DNA of 50,145 nucleotides from Polaromonas sp. (GTDB lineage Bacteria; Pseudomonadota; Gammaproteobacteria; Burkholderiales; Burkholderiaceae_C): NCBI GenBank assembly GCA_043769005.1, contig JAYVJV010000050.1, positions 1 to 50,145 of the forward strand, read 5' to 3'. Shown piece by piece: positions 21,382 to 30,955 of this stretch (position 1 is its first letter; each line of letters starts with the position of its first letter). The notes under the pieces were generated by a model. It saw only the letters and a program-made list of their open reading frames with translations, ran no database searches and was not told where the DNA came from. The position numbers and the translations under genes were made by a program.

Positions 21382-23913
21382 ATGTACCCCGCAGTCACGC
21401 CGCCCCCGATCGAACCTAACCGCCCACCCGGTGCCTGGCATAAGCGTTGGTGGCGTGGGCTGGGGCATGCGCGGCAAGACCGCTATGCCATGATCGCCCC
21501 GCTGATCGCCGTGCTGCTGTTTTTGGCCGCTATTGTTGCCGCATTTAGCTACCTGCGCCTGGAAGAGATGGACCGCGAGCAAGAAGCCGTCAAACGCGAC
21601 GTAGAGTATGCCCAGCAGCGCCTGCGCCTGCGCCTGCTGGAGCGCCAGGAGCAGCTGATGCGCCTGGCCGCCGAGGTCAGCAACAAGCAAATCGACGCGC
21701 AGGAGTTTGTCGAACAGGCCGAGGCTTTGGTGCAGCAGTACCCCGAGCTGCAGTCCGTGCACTGGATTGATGCCAAAAAACGCATCAAAATGGGCTACAC
21801 CTCGCCCAGCGCGTTGGCCAAGGTGGCGGGCGATGCCATCAAAGGGGCTGCAACTGACGCTACTTTTGGCCTGGCGCGCGATGTTCGCCAACCGGTCTAT
21901 TCAACCCCCTTTGATACCGGCACCGGCACCATCAGCCTTTTGCAGGTGCATGTGCCACTGGCCGACAGCGGGCGCTTTAGCGGGGTGGTGGTGGGGGAAT
22001 ACCAGATTGACGGGCTGATGCGCTACGCCGTGCCCACCGAAATCAGTGCCAAATATGCGGTAGCCCTGCTCAACGATAAGGGCCAGATGCTGGCTGGCAA
22101 CACCACACCAGCGCGCACTGTGGCAGCCAAGTTTTTACCCTGGACAGCGCAGGCGCATGAATACGAAGTACCGGTCTCGCCCATCGGCAATGGCCTGGTG
22201 CTGCGCGCCCAGGCCTACCGCACCTCACTGGGCGTGGTGGGCAGCGGACTGTTCTGGCTGGTAGCCGTGCTCAGCCTGATGACGGCCTGGATGCTGATGG
22301 GCACCTGGCGGCACACGCGCAAGCGCATCCGCGCTCAGGCAGCTCTGGTGACCGAGACCAATTTTCGCCGCGCCATGGAAAACTCCATGCTCACCGGCAT
22401 GCGTGCACTGGATATTGAGGGCCGCATCACCTATGTGAACCCGGCCTTTTGCCAGATGACGGGCTGGAGCGAGAACGAGCTGGTGGGCCGCACCGCGCCC
22501 TTCCCCTACTGGCCCGATGAAGACACTGCCTTGCTGACCGCTCGGCTTGAAGACGAGTTGGCCGGCCGCACCATTCCGGGTGGCTTTCAGGTGCGCGTCA
22601 AGCGCAAAGACAAAAGCCATTTTGATGCCCGCATGTATGTGTCGCCCTTGATCGACCCCAAGGGCGGGCAAACCGGCTGGATGACCTCGATGACCGACAT
22701 CACCGAGCCCAACCGCGTACGCCAGCAATTGACAGAATCGTACGAGCGCTTTACGACCGTGCTGGAAGGCCTGGACGCCAGCGTTTCGGTCGCGCCCCTG
22801 GGCAGTGCAGACTTGCTATTTGCCAACAAGTTGTACCGCCAATGGTTTGGCTCGCATACCGAAGGGCATTTGAACCTGGTGGCGCAAGCGGGCCGACCCG
22901 ACGCGCCGCGCGGCGAATCCGACGACGATGTGGACGCGCTGGTAGGTCTGCCCGTCAGCGAGATGCGCATTGCCCAAAGTGAAAACGCAGAAATCTACGT
23001 CCCCGCGCTGGGCAAATGGCTGGAGGTGCGCTCGCGCTACCTGAGCTGGACCGATGGCCGTCTGGCGCAAATGGTGATTGCCACAGACATCAGCCCACGC
23101 CGCCTGGCCGAGGCCCAGTCTGCCGCGCAGGCTGAACGCGCCCAGACCGCCAGCCGCCTGATTACGATGGGTGAGATGGCCTCCAGCGTAGCTCACGAGC
23201 TCAATCAGCCCCTGACGGCTATTAACAACTATTGCACCGGCATGGTCGACCGCATCAAAGGCAAGCAGATCAATGAAGAAGACATGCTGGCGGCCCTGGA
23301 GAAAACTGCTAAACAGGCGCAACGCGCCGGGCAAATTATCCAGCGCATCCGCAATTTTGTGAAGCGCTCGGAACCCAACCGCACTTTATCGGACATCAGC
23401 ACCATGGTAGGCGAGGCGGTGGAGCTGGCCGAGATCGAGTTGCGCAGGCGCAATGTGCGTTTGTCCCACAGCATCATGCCGCACCTGCCGCAAGTGATGG
23501 TTGACCCAATTTTGATAGAGCAGGTATTGGTCAACCTGATGAAGAATGCCGCTGAATCTGTCGACATGGCTGAGCGCGAGGTCGCCCAGCGCAGCGTTGA
23601 ACTGGCGGTGCAATCCAAAGACATGCCCAGTGTAGGCAAGGTGGTGGAATTTGCCGTGACCGACAGTGGCAAGGGCCTGGCCCCCGAAGTACTGACGCGC
23701 CTGTATGAGGCGTTTTTCTCCACCAAGGCCGAGGGCATGGGCATTGGGCTCAATTTATGCCGCTCCATCGTTGAATCGCATCAAGGCCGGATGCAGGCCG
23801 AGAACCTCTACAATGGCGCTGAGATCATCGGTTGCAGGTTCAGTTTTTGGCTGCCCGTAGCGGCGTCGGCGCTAGATGGCCCCCATGCAAAACCTGCCAC
23901 CGCTACTGTTTAG
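21382..23913 (+). CDS. Periplasmic-sensing PAS histidine kinase (FixL/DctS-like H-box)
   Basis: TM helix, ~280-aa periplasmic region, TM helix, then two PAS-like regions. H-box SVAHELNQPLTAINNY, N-box LVNLMKNAAES and G-boxes. The 5' part of the 905-aa ORF overlaps hisZ, so I start at ATG 21382. Confidence 0.85.
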   Translation: MYPAVTPPPIEPNRPPGAWHKRWWRGLGHARQDRYAMIAPLIAVLLFLAAIVAAFSYLRLEEMDREQEAVKRDVEYAQQRLRLRLLERQEQLMRLAAEVSNKQIDAQEFVEQAEALVQQYPELQSVHWIDAKKRIKMGYTSPSALAKVAGDAIKGAATDATFGLARDVRQPVYSTPFDTGTGTISLLQVHVPLADSGRFSGVVVGEYQIDGLMRYAVPTEISAKYAVALLNDKGQMLAGNTTPARTVAAKFLPWTAQAHEYEVPVSPIGNGLVLRAQAYRTSLGVVGSGLFWLVAVLSLMTAWMLMGTWRHTRKRIRAQAALVTETNFRRAMENSMLTGMRALDIEGRITYVNPAFCQMTGWSENELVGRTAPFPYWPDEDTALLTARLEDELAGRTIPGGFQVRVKRKDKSHFDARMYVSPLIDPKGGQTGWMTSMTDITEPNRVRQQLTESYERFTTVLEGLDASVSVAPLGSADLLFANKLYRQWFGSHTEGHLNLVAQAGRPDAPRGESDDDVDALVGLPVSEMRIAQSENAEIYVPALGKWLEVRSRYLSWTDGRLAQMVIATDISPRRLAEAQSAAQAERAQTASRLITMGEMASSVAHELNQPLTAINNYCTGMVDRIKGKQINEEDMLAALEKTAKQAQRAGQIIQRIRNFVKRSEPNRTLSDISTMVGEAVELAEIELRRRNVRLSHSIMPHLPQVMVDPILIEQVLVNLMKNAAESVDMAEREVAQRSVELAVQSKDMPSVGKVVEFAVTDSGKGLAPEVLTRLYEAFFSTKAEGMGIGLNLCRSIVESHQGRMQAENLYNGAEIIGCRFSFWLPVAASALDGPHAKPATATV

Positions 23914-23965
23914 ATAGCTGTTTGCGCTTTATCCATATAGATATTTGACTATAAAGGCTGAAAAA
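23914..23965 (+). repeat. Family A short dispersed repeat, copy A4 (diverged)
   Basis: ATAGCTGTTTGCGCTTTATCC... between the kinase stop and the regulator start. Only the core is recognisable. Confidence 0.45.
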
Positions 23966-23967
23966 TC

Positions 23968-24594
23968 ATGAGCTTGATACCGAAAAAAGGCACCGTATAC
24001 GTCGTGGACGACGACGAGGCCGTGCGCGACTCGTTGCAATGGCTACTCGAAGGCAAAGACTACCGCGTGCGCTGCTATGACTCGGCCGAGACCTTTTTGG
24101 CCCGCTACGACCAGCGCGAGGTCGCCTGCCTGATTGTGGACATCCGCATGGCAGGCATGACAGGCCTGGAACTACAAGACAAACTGGTAGAGCGCAAATC
24201 GCCCCTGCCCGTGGTGTTTATCACTGGCCACGGCGATGTGCCCATGGCCGTAGACACCATGAAAAAAGGCGCGATGGATTTCATCCAAAAGCCTTTTAAA
24301 GAAGAGGCCCTGGTCAGCCTGGTCGAGCGCATGTTAGAGCAAGCCAAGGTCAGCTTCAGTGGCCAACAGCAGGCCGCCAGCCGCGACGCGCTGATGTCCA
24401 AGCTCACTGGCCGTGAAGCCCAGGTGCTGGAGCGCATCGTGGCCGGTCGCCTGAACAAACAAATTGCCGACGACCTGGGCATCAGCATCAAAACCGTGGA
24501 AGCCCACCGCGCCAACATCATGGAAAAACTCAACGCCAACACGGTGGCTGATTTGCTGAAAACTGCTTTGGGGCAAAACGCTCCGAAAGCATAA
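23968..24594 (+). CDS. FixJ/LuxR-family response regulator
   Basis: Receiver domain (VYVVDDDEAVRDS...LIVDIRMAGMTG) plus a LuxR helix-turn-helix (LTGREAQVLE...SIKTVEAHRANIM). Confidence 0.9.
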   Translation: MSLIPKKGTVYVVDDDEAVRDSLQWLLEGKDYRVRCYDSAETFLARYDQREVACLIVDIRMAGMTGLELQDKLVERKSPLPVVFITGHGDVPMAVDTMKKGAMDFIQKPFKEEALVSLVERMLEQAKVSFSGQQQAASRDALMSKLTGREAQVLERIVAGRLNKQIADDLGISIKTVEAHRANIMEKLNANTVADLLKTALGQNAPKA

Positions 24595-24601
24595 GAAAGA
24601 A

Positions 24602-24782
24602 TTTTTTGAACGCAGAAGGCGCGAAGGTTTCGCAAAGTGCGCAGAGGAAAATAAAGAGAATCCAAAAAATACAAAGAATTCGAGTTCAAAGGAATATATG
24701 AATTTTTGAATTCATTTTTGGTTTTTTTGGTATTTATTTTTTGCGCCCTTCGCGCAACCTTCGCGCCCTCTGCGTTCAAAAA
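24602..24782. mobile_element. Family B MITE-like long palindromic element, copy B1
   Basis: The left arm TTTTTTGAACGCAGAAGGCGCGAAGGTTTCGC... is the near reverse complement of the right arm ...GCGCAACCTTCGCGCCCTCTGCGTTCAAAAA. AT-rich centre around GAATTC...GAATTC. No ORF of its own. Confidence 0.75.
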
Positions 24783-24817
24783 CTCCCCTCTTTTCTCCTT
24801 CCCCCATTTCAAAAGAC

Positions 24818-25681
24818 ATGACCGCCCAACTCATCGACGGCATCGCCCTCTCCGCGCAACTGCGCAAAGACGTTGCCACCCGCGCCGCCGTCCTCAAGTC
24901 CAAGGGCGTCACCCCCGGCCTGGCCGTGGTGTTGGTGGGCGACAGCCCCGCCTCGCAGGTCTATGTGCGCAACAAAATCAAAGCCTGCCAGGAAGCGGGC
25001 TTGCACTCGGTACTTGAAAAGCACGACGCAGCCATGACCGAGGCGGCGCTGCTGCGGTTGGTAGACCAACTCAACAACGACCCCAGCATCCACGGCATTT
25101 TGGTGCAACTGCCTCTGCCTGCGCATATTGACGCGCACAAGGTGATTGAAGCCATCTCGCCCGACAAAGACGTAGATGGCTTCCACGTTGCCAGCGCAGG
25201 CGCGCTGATGATCGGGCAAAGCGGCTTTTGGCCGTGCACGCCCTATGGCTGCATGAAGATGCTCGAATCACTGAACGACGGCAAAGGCTACAGCCTCAAG
25301 GGCAAGCACGCCGTAGTCATTGGCCGCAGCAACATCGTAGGCAAGCCCATGGCCATGATGCTGCTGGCGCAAAACGCCACCGTCACCGTCTGCCACAGCG
25401 GCACACAAAACTTGAAAGCCATGACCCTGCAAGCCGACGTGATCGTCGCCGCAGTGGGTAAACGCAACGTGCTCACCGACGACATGGTCAAGCCCGGCGC
25501 GGTGGTGATTGACGTAGGCATGAACCGCGACGACGCAGGCAAACTGTGCGGCGATGTGGACTTTGCAGGCGTAAAGCAAGTCGCCAGCCACATCACCCCC
25601 GTGCCTGGTGGCGTGGGGCCGATGACGATTACCATGCTGCTGGTCAACACGCTAGAGGCCGCCGAGCGAGCTGCAATGTAA
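24818..25681 (+). CDS. folD: Bifunctional methylenetetrahydrofolate dehydrogenase/cyclohydrolase
   Basis: [25 protein letters not shown] and GRSNIVGKP motifs. Confidence 0.95.
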   Translation: MTAQLIDGIALSAQLRKDVATRAAVLKSKGVTPGLAVVLVGDSPASQVYVRNKIKACQEAGLHSVLEKHDAAMTEAALLRLVDQLNNDPSIHGILVQLPLPAHIDAHKVIEAISPDKDVDGFHVASAGALMIGQSGFWPCTPYGCMKMLESLNDGKGYSLKGKHAVVIGRSNIVGKPMAMMLLAQNATVTVCHSGTQNLKAMTLQADVIVAAVGKRNVLTDDMVKPGAVVIDVGMNRDDAGKLCGDVDFAGVKQVASHITPVPGGVGPMTITMLLVNTLEAAERAAM

Positions 25682-25730
25682 GCATAGCTGCCATACCCCC
25701 CGCAGCGGCTACACTTGCATAGCTGGAATT

Positions 25731-25786
25731 GCTATATATTCAATAGCTGCTTACGCTATATTTTATTGGACTACAGCCTGATTCGT
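25731..25786 (+). repeat. Family A short dispersed repeat, copy A5 (intergenic)
   Basis: GCTATATATTCAATAGCTGCTTACGCTATATTTTATTGGACTACAGCCTGATTC. Partial ATAGCTG fragments also occur at 25684 and 25719. Confidence 0.8.
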
Positions 25787-25807
25787 CACCTAACTCTGTA
25801 GAAAATT

Positions 25808-26301
25808 TCAACTAAACCAACCGACGCGCTTTAGCAGCCAGCAAATGTTGGTATGCACCGCCGCTTCGTACTCGGTCAGGCGTGCATCAAAGAAGGCGTA
25901 AATCTCTGGCATGGTGGTCGCTACAGCCACGGTGTGCAGGCCTTCGTCTTGTTTGTCCAGCGGTTTCAGGCCGCGCAAAATCAGGCGCTCGCCTGTGTTG
26001 ATGCGAAAGCTGGACTCTTGCGCCAAATCGGTTACCAGATCGACCTTGCAGGCCTGGCTGCGCAGTTGCTGCACCAAGCGGTCAATATGGGCCGTAGGCA
26101 GTTTGCCGCTGGGTTCACAAAACTAAAAAATCCAGGTCATCGCTCAAACGGTGCGCCGTGTGTAGCGCCATCGCAGTGCCGCCAATCAGCAAAAAGCCCT
26201 GGGTTAACGCAATGCCTGCCAGCAGGTGGAAAACCGCTTGGGTGGCTGCGGGCAAGCTATGCGTTTGAAACACCTTGCGCCCCCCTCTGCAGGCCAGGCA
26301 T
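25808..26301 (-). pseudogene. Frameshifted AbiEii/DUF1814-like nucleotidyltransferase toxin gene
   Basis: The ATG at 26301 opens MPGLQRGRKVFQ...GFLLIGGTAMALHTAHRLSDDLDF, which ends at TGA 26115-26117. The reading continues in the +1 frame (FCEPSGKLPTAHIDRL...KVDLVTD...) to 25808. Confidence 0.55.
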
Positions 26302-26684
26302 CAAAGCACCCAGCACCCCGTGTGCAAGTCGATCCCCATCTGGGCAGCTCCCTGCTGCACCTGAGCGGCACCAAAGTACGCAAAAATTTTTGATACATCC
26401 ATAAAGCGTGCGCGGCCTGGGACGGCTGCAATCAACGCGCTGTCGCTGATGGCGGGGTTAGACCAGTCGTAGGAAAAGTCCAAACCTATCTGCTCCGACT
26501 TGCGTTGCACCTGCGCGCTGGCTGGCCGCGCTGTTGCCAGCGCCTGCGGGGTGCGCGTTGCGGCTGGTAGTGCTGGCAGTAGGATGTGAGTTGTCTTGGC
26601 AAATGCCTCTGGCGTAAACATCAGCGACCAAAAAGCTAACTGTTGGGATCCAGCTTGGAGATTTAACGCTTGGGGCCACGTCAA
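26301..26684 (-). CDS. Hypothetical protein, possible antitoxin partner of the AbiEii-like remnant
   Basis: 127-aa ORF. Its TGA shares one base with the downstream ATG (TGATG). The C-terminal YDWSNPAISDSALIAAV..RARFMDVSKIFAYFG resembles partners of small NTase toxins, from memory only. Start uncertain. Confidence 0.4.
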   Translation of the reverse strand: MTWPQALNLQAGSQQLAFWSLMFTPEAFAKTTHILLPALPAATRTPQALATARPASAQVQRKSEQIGLDFSYDWSNPAISDSALIAAVPGRARFMDVSKIFAYFGAAQVQQGAAQMGIDLHTGCWVL

Positions 26685-26935
26685 ATGTTGTGAGTTTCAC
26701 ATGGAGCAGGCTTCCCCTCGGTGCGCCGCCCTAAAGTATGCGCCTTGCCACCGCCTTTTTATTACCCCATCCAACCAGCTACGAGGACTGTTAGATTTTC
26801 TGACCTTATTACAATGGTGGAACCGTGTCTACAACCTGACGGCGGTAGCGATCAGGCTGACATGCTAACGCACTATCTGTTTGATTCGCTGGCGCTTATG
26901 GCGCTGCTGCTGCGCGGACACATCTTGCACCGACC

Positions 26936-28177
26936 ATGAGTAAAAACACCACCCGCCAACCCCTGCGCGCCAGTGATCTGCGCGCGGCTACCCAACTGGT
27001 AACCCAGGCCACTTTGGGTATTGCCCACCTAGCCGAGGGCGTACACCAGTCGGTCTGGGGCACGCTGGGTGTGGGCGACAGGGCGGCGGGGCACACCAGC
27101 GGCATCACCGCACTGGTGTATGCGGCTATGCGCGGCGTAACGCGCCTGGCGGGCCGGGGGGTAGATGCAGCGCTGACCAAGCTAGAGCCCTGGCTGGCCA
27201 GCGCCGATGCCGCCCCACCCGAGTCTGCCCAGCGCGAGGCTGTGCTGGCTGCACTTAACGGCGTGCTGGGCGACCACTTGGCCGCCAGCGGCAACCCGCT
27301 GGCCACGCCCATGAGCCTGCGCTTTGAAGGCCAGGCACTGCATAGGCAAGCCATGCCCGCCAAAGCGCAGGTAACGGGCAAGGTGCTGGTGCTCGCGCAT
27401 GGCCTGTGCATGAACGATTTGCAATGGGCGGGCCACGGCCCGGCACTGGCCGCAGCCCTGGGCTGCACCCCCGTGTACGCGCGCTACAACAGCGGCCTGC
27501 ACACCAGTGACAACGGCACTGCGCTGTGCGGGCAACTGGCGCAACTGGCAGCGCACTGGCCCGTGCCCTTGCAAGAGCTCAGCCTACTGGGCCACAGCAT
27601 GGGCGGCTTGGTTATCCGCAGTGCGGTGCACACGGCGCAGCAGCAACAAGCCGTTTGGCTGACAGCGCTGAAAAACATCGTCTTTTTGGGCACGCCACAC
27701 CACGGCGCGCCGCTGGAAAAAGCGGGTAACTGGATCGATGTATTGCTGGGCAGCACGCCCTATTCCAAGCCCTTTGCCAAGCTGGGCCAGCTACGCAGCG
27801 CGGGCATTACTGATTTGCGCTACGGCCATATCCTGGCCCAAGACTGGCAAGGCCAAGACCGCTTTCGCCGCCAAAGCGACCGCCGCACCCCCGTACCACT
27901 GCCCGAGCCAGTTACCTGCTTTACCGTAGCGGCCACCCTAGCTGCCAAGCGCAGTCTGCTGGCTGAACGCAGCCTGGGCGACGGGCTGGTGCCGCTGCCC
28001 AGTGCGCTGGGCCAACATGCCGATGCCAGGCACCGGCTGGCCTTTGCCAAAGCTTCGCAGTGCATCGCTTACCGCACCAGCCACATGCAGCTCTTGTCCA
28101 GCCCCGTTGTCACGCAGCAGTTGATCGACTGGCTTAGGCCTGCATCAGCGCGAGGCCACGCCATGCAAGGCCATTGA
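26936..28177 (+). CDS. Alpha/beta hydrolase (lipase/esterase-like)
   Basis: Nucleophile elbow GHSMGG, followed by FLGTPHHGAP. 413 aa. Confidence 0.7.
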   Translation: MSKNTTRQPLRASDLRAATQLVTQATLGIAHLAEGVHQSVWGTLGVGDRAAGHTSGITALVYAAMRGVTRLAGRGVDAALTKLEPWLASADAAPPESAQREAVLAALNGVLGDHLAASGNPLATPMSLRFEGQALHRQAMPAKAQVTGKVLVLAHGLCMNDLQWAGHGPALAAALGCTPVYARYNSGLHTSDNGTALCGQLAQLAAHWPVPLQELSLLGHSMGGLVIRSAVHTAQQQQAVWLTALKNIVFLGTPHHGAPLEKAGNWIDVLLGSTPYSKPFAKLGQLRSAGITDLRYGHILAQDWQGQDRFRRQSDRRTPVPLPEPVTCFTVAATLAAKRSLLAERSLGDGLVPLPSALGQHADARHRLAFAKASQCIAYRTSHMQLLSSPVVTQQLIDWLRPASARGHAMQGH

Positions 28178-28182
28178 CTGTA

Positions 28183-28785
28183 TTACTTGAGCAGTAATTT
28201 AATATCATCGGCCAGCGCCTGCGCACCTGTGCCGTAGCGGGTGTACAGGCGGATGCGCCCTTGCGGGTCGAGCACATAGCTGCCTGCGCTGTGGTCCATG
28301 GTGTAGCTGCTGGCGGTTTTGCCTTCGGCTTTTTTGTAGTGCACCTTAAAGTGCTTGGCGACCGCAGCAGTTTGCTCGGCACTGCCGCGCAGGGCGACGA
28401 AGCTGGGGTCAAAATTGCCCAAATAGGCTTTAAGCACCGGAGCGGTGTCGCGTTCGGGGTCGATGGTGATAAAGATGCCCTGCACCTTGTCGCCATTGGC
28501 TCCCAGCAGTTTTTTCACTTCCACCAGTTCCGTCATAGCCGTGGGACACACGTCGGGGCACTGGGTAAAGCCAAAGAAAACGACGACGACTTTGCCTTTA
28601 AAGTCGGCCATGGTGCGCGGTTTGTCAAACTGGTCGGGCAGTGCAAAGTTTTGCGCGTAGTCCGCGCCAGTGATGTCTACCGCTTTGAACTGCAGCTTTT
28701 GCTCCGAACAGCCATATAGAGTGACAAATAGGGCTGTAGAGCATATAAATAATGCGTAAGCAGCTAGCTTATTAATAGCAAACAT
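28183..28785 (-). CDS. SCO1/SenC-family copper chaperone
   Basis: Thioredoxin fold with CPDVCP. N-terminal signal or lipoprotein-like segment ending in LYGC. Sits at the end of the cox assembly cluster. Confidence 0.88.
   Translation of the reverse strand: MFAINKLAAYALFICSTALFVTLYGCSEQKLQFKAVDITGADYAQNFALPDQFDKPRTMADFKGKVVVVFFGFTQCPDVCPTAMTELVEVKKLLGANGDKVQGIFITIDPERDTAPVLKAYLGNFDPSFVALRGSAEQTAAVAKHFKVHYKKAEGKTASSYTMDHSAGSYVLDPQGRIRLYTRYGTGAQALADDIKLLLK
28721..28779 (-). repeat. Family A short dispersed repeat, copy A6 (encodes the SCO N-terminus)
   Basis: The reverse complement reads GCTATTAATAAGCTAGCTGCTTACGCATTATTTATATGCTCTACAGCCCTATTTGTCAC, translated as AINKLAAYALFICSTALFVT. Confidence 0.8.
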
Positions 28786-28799
28786 GGTGCACTCTCAAG

Positions 28800-29717
28800 C
28801 TATAAAACGTAATGGTCTACCAACAGCGCCGCAAACAGCACACTCAGGTGGATCAGCGAAAACCGAAATGTTTTGCGCGCCAGCGCGTCGCTGTAGTTGC
28901 GCCACAGCGCAAAGCCGTAGTAACAAAACCCGATGCTTAGCAGCACCGCCGCCACCAGGTAAATCCACGAGCTCATGCCATACACAAAGGGCATTAGGCA
29001 GGCGGCAAACAGCACGATGGTGTAGAGCAATATTTGCAGACGGGTAAACTCATTGCCGTGCGTGACGGGCAGCATGGGTAGGCCGCTTTTGCGATAGTCT
29101 TCCACCCGGTACAGCGCCAGAGCCCAAAAATGCGGTGGCGTCCACAGAAAAATAATCAAAAACAAAATCAGAGCCTCGGGCGACACACCACCCGTCATGG
29201 CCGCCCAGCCCAGCACCGGCGGCATAGCGCCCGAGGCCCCGCCAATGACGATGTTTTGCGGTGTGAGCGGCTTCAAAATAACCGTGTAAATCACGGCGTA
29301 GCCAACGAAGGTGGCAAAGGTCAGCCACATGGTGAGGGGGTTCACATACACATACAGCAGCCACGAACCTAGTGCGCACAGCGCCGCCGAAAATGCGCCG
29401 GTTTGCATATCGCTGATCTCACCCTGCGCCGTGGGCCGCCAACTGGTGCGGCGCATTTTGGCATCAATGCCTTTTTCTACCAGGCAGTTAAATGCCGCAG
29501 CGGCCCCGGCCACCAGCCAGATACCCAGGCTGGCAAGCAGCATGGTTTGCACCTCGCTCCAGGTGGGTACACCGGGCACTGCCAGCACCATGCCGATCAG
29601 CGCGCAAAACACTATCAACTGGATGACGCGCGGCTTGGTCAGTGCATTGAACTGCGCCAGCTTGCCCTTGCGCGGCGCGGTGATGGGCAATACGATGGAC
29701 GGTTCGGTACTGCTCAT
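28800..29717 (-). CDS. ctaB: Protoheme IX farnesyltransferase (heme O synthase)
   Basis: UbiA-family polytopic protein in the cox cluster. ATGA overlap with ctaA. Confidence 0.9.
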   Translation of the reverse strand: MSSTEPSIVLPITAPRKGKLAQFNALTKPRVIQLIVFCALIGMVLAVPGVPTWSEVQTMLLASLGIWLVAGAAAAFNCLVEKGIDAKMRRTSWRPTAQGEISDMQTGAFSAALCALGSWLLYVYVNPLTMWLTFATFVGYAVIYTVILKPLTPQNIVIGGASGAMPPVLGWAAMTGGVSPEALILFLIIFLWTPPHFWALALYRVEDYRKSGLPMLPVTHGNEFTRLQILLYTIVLFAACLMPFVYGMSSWIYLVAAVLLSIGFCYYGFALWRNYSDALARKTFRFSLIHLSVLFAALLVDHYVL

Positions 29718-30955
29718 CGCGTGCCACCAGACAAGTGGTTAAAAGAAGAACTGAGTTGGGACATATTGCGCATGGTAGTGGGTGCTACACCGCTGCGGTC
29801 ATGCTGCTCCACAGCGTAGAGCGACTCACGCGCGCTGCTGAGCACACCCGTGATTACCACCACCAAAGCCGCTGCGCCGCCCGTATGCGCCAAAGCCGCG
29901 ACCAGGGGCCAGCCTAGCACCACATTGCTCAGGCCACTGACCAGTTGCCACAGCAGCAGTGCCACAATGCCCCACGCCGCCGTGCGCACCCCGCTGCGCT
30001 GCGGCGCGCCGCGCAGCATTTTGGCAGCTGCCACACCCAGCACCACAAAAACGATAAAAGCAAACAGACGATGCGCAATATGAATGCCCGTGAGTGCGGG
30101 CAAAGACAGGTTACTGCCCGTACTGGTTTGGCCCAGTTCGCGCCACAGCGAAAAGCCTTCGCGCCAATGGATTTGTGGCCACCACTGCCCCTGGCACTTG
30201 GGAAATTCATTGCAGGCCAGCACGGCGTAATTGGTGCTCACCCAGCCGCCCAGCGCAATTTGCAACCACAGCAGGGCAAAGCCTGCCATCAGCCAGGTGG
30301 CGGCTGTGCGCGACAAGGCCCCGCCGCCATAGTCTGCGCCCAAACCTGTGGCCAGGGTGTAGCGCGAGGCCTGCACTTGCAGCAAAGCCAGCAGCACCAT
30401 ACCGCCCAGCAAATGGAGCGTGACGATGGCGGGAAACAGTTTCATGGTGACCGTGAGCGCTCCAAACGCGCCTTGCAGGCACACCCACAGCAAGGTCAGG
30501 GTGGGCCACCAGGGCGAGATGTGCAAACGGCGGCGCAACTGCTGGCGGTGCAGCCAACTGGTGGCTGCCAGCACCAAAATCAACACGCCGACCGCGCTGG
30601 CACCGTAGCGGTGCAGCATCTCGATCCAGGCTTTGCGTTGCGTGACGGGCCCGTGCGGCGCAGCGGCCTGCTCGGCGCTGATCTGCGCCTGCGCGCCCAG
30701 CGGACTGGCGCTGGCGTAGCAGCCGGGCCAGTCGGGGCAACCCAGGCCAGAGTCTGAGAGGCGCGTGAACGCACCAAACAGCACCAAATCAAAGGTGAGA
30801 AACAGCGTCACCAAGGTTAGCGCGCGCAGGCGCTGTGGCAGCGAAGCCTGGCGGTTGCGCAGCCACACCCAGGCCAGCGGAGCCAGCGCAATCAGCACGC
30901 CCAGCAGCATCAGGCTGAGTGCGGGAGTAAAGTTGTACAGCGCTTGGGTTTGCAT
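29714..30955 (-). CDS. ctaA: COX15/CtaA heme A synthase
   Basis: Polytopic protein with conserved His in TM helices (MLHRYGA, HLLGG, AHRLF, LAHTGG). Confidence 0.85.
   Translation of the reverse strand: MQTQALYNFTPALSLMLLGVLIALAPLAWVWLRNRQASLPQRLRALTLVTLFLTFDLVLFGAFTRLSDSGLGCPDWPGCYASASPLGAQAQISAEQAAAPHGPVTQRKAWIEMLHRYGASAVGVLILVLAATSWLHRQQLRRRLHISPWWPTLTLLWVCLQGAFGALTVTMKLFPAIVTLHLLGGMVLLALLQVQASRYTLATGLGADYGGGALSRTAATWLMAGFALLWLQIALGGWVSTNYAVLACNEFPKCQGQWWPQIHWREGFSLWRELGQTSTGSNLSLPALTGIHIAHRLFAFIVFVVLGVAAAKMLRGAPQRSGVRTAAWGIVALLLWQLVSGLSNVVLGWPLVAALAHTGGAAALVVVITGVLSSARESLYAVEQHDRSGVAPTTMRNMSQLSSSFNHLSGGTR

Noticed and set aside
24595-24817. Looked for a ZTP (pfl) riboswitch, which often precedes folD in Burkholderiales.
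   Set aside because: The region is filled by the family B palindrome. I could not find the conserved ZTP pseudoknot or sub-domain sequences.
24706-25017. ORFs predicted across the family B elements: 24706-25017 (+), 24712-24912 (-) and 43942-44157 (+).
   Set aside because: Their translations (for example [22 protein letters not shown] and FYFFFFYFYLYFYF) are artefacts of the palindromic, polypyrimidine repeat and overlap folD or its start region.
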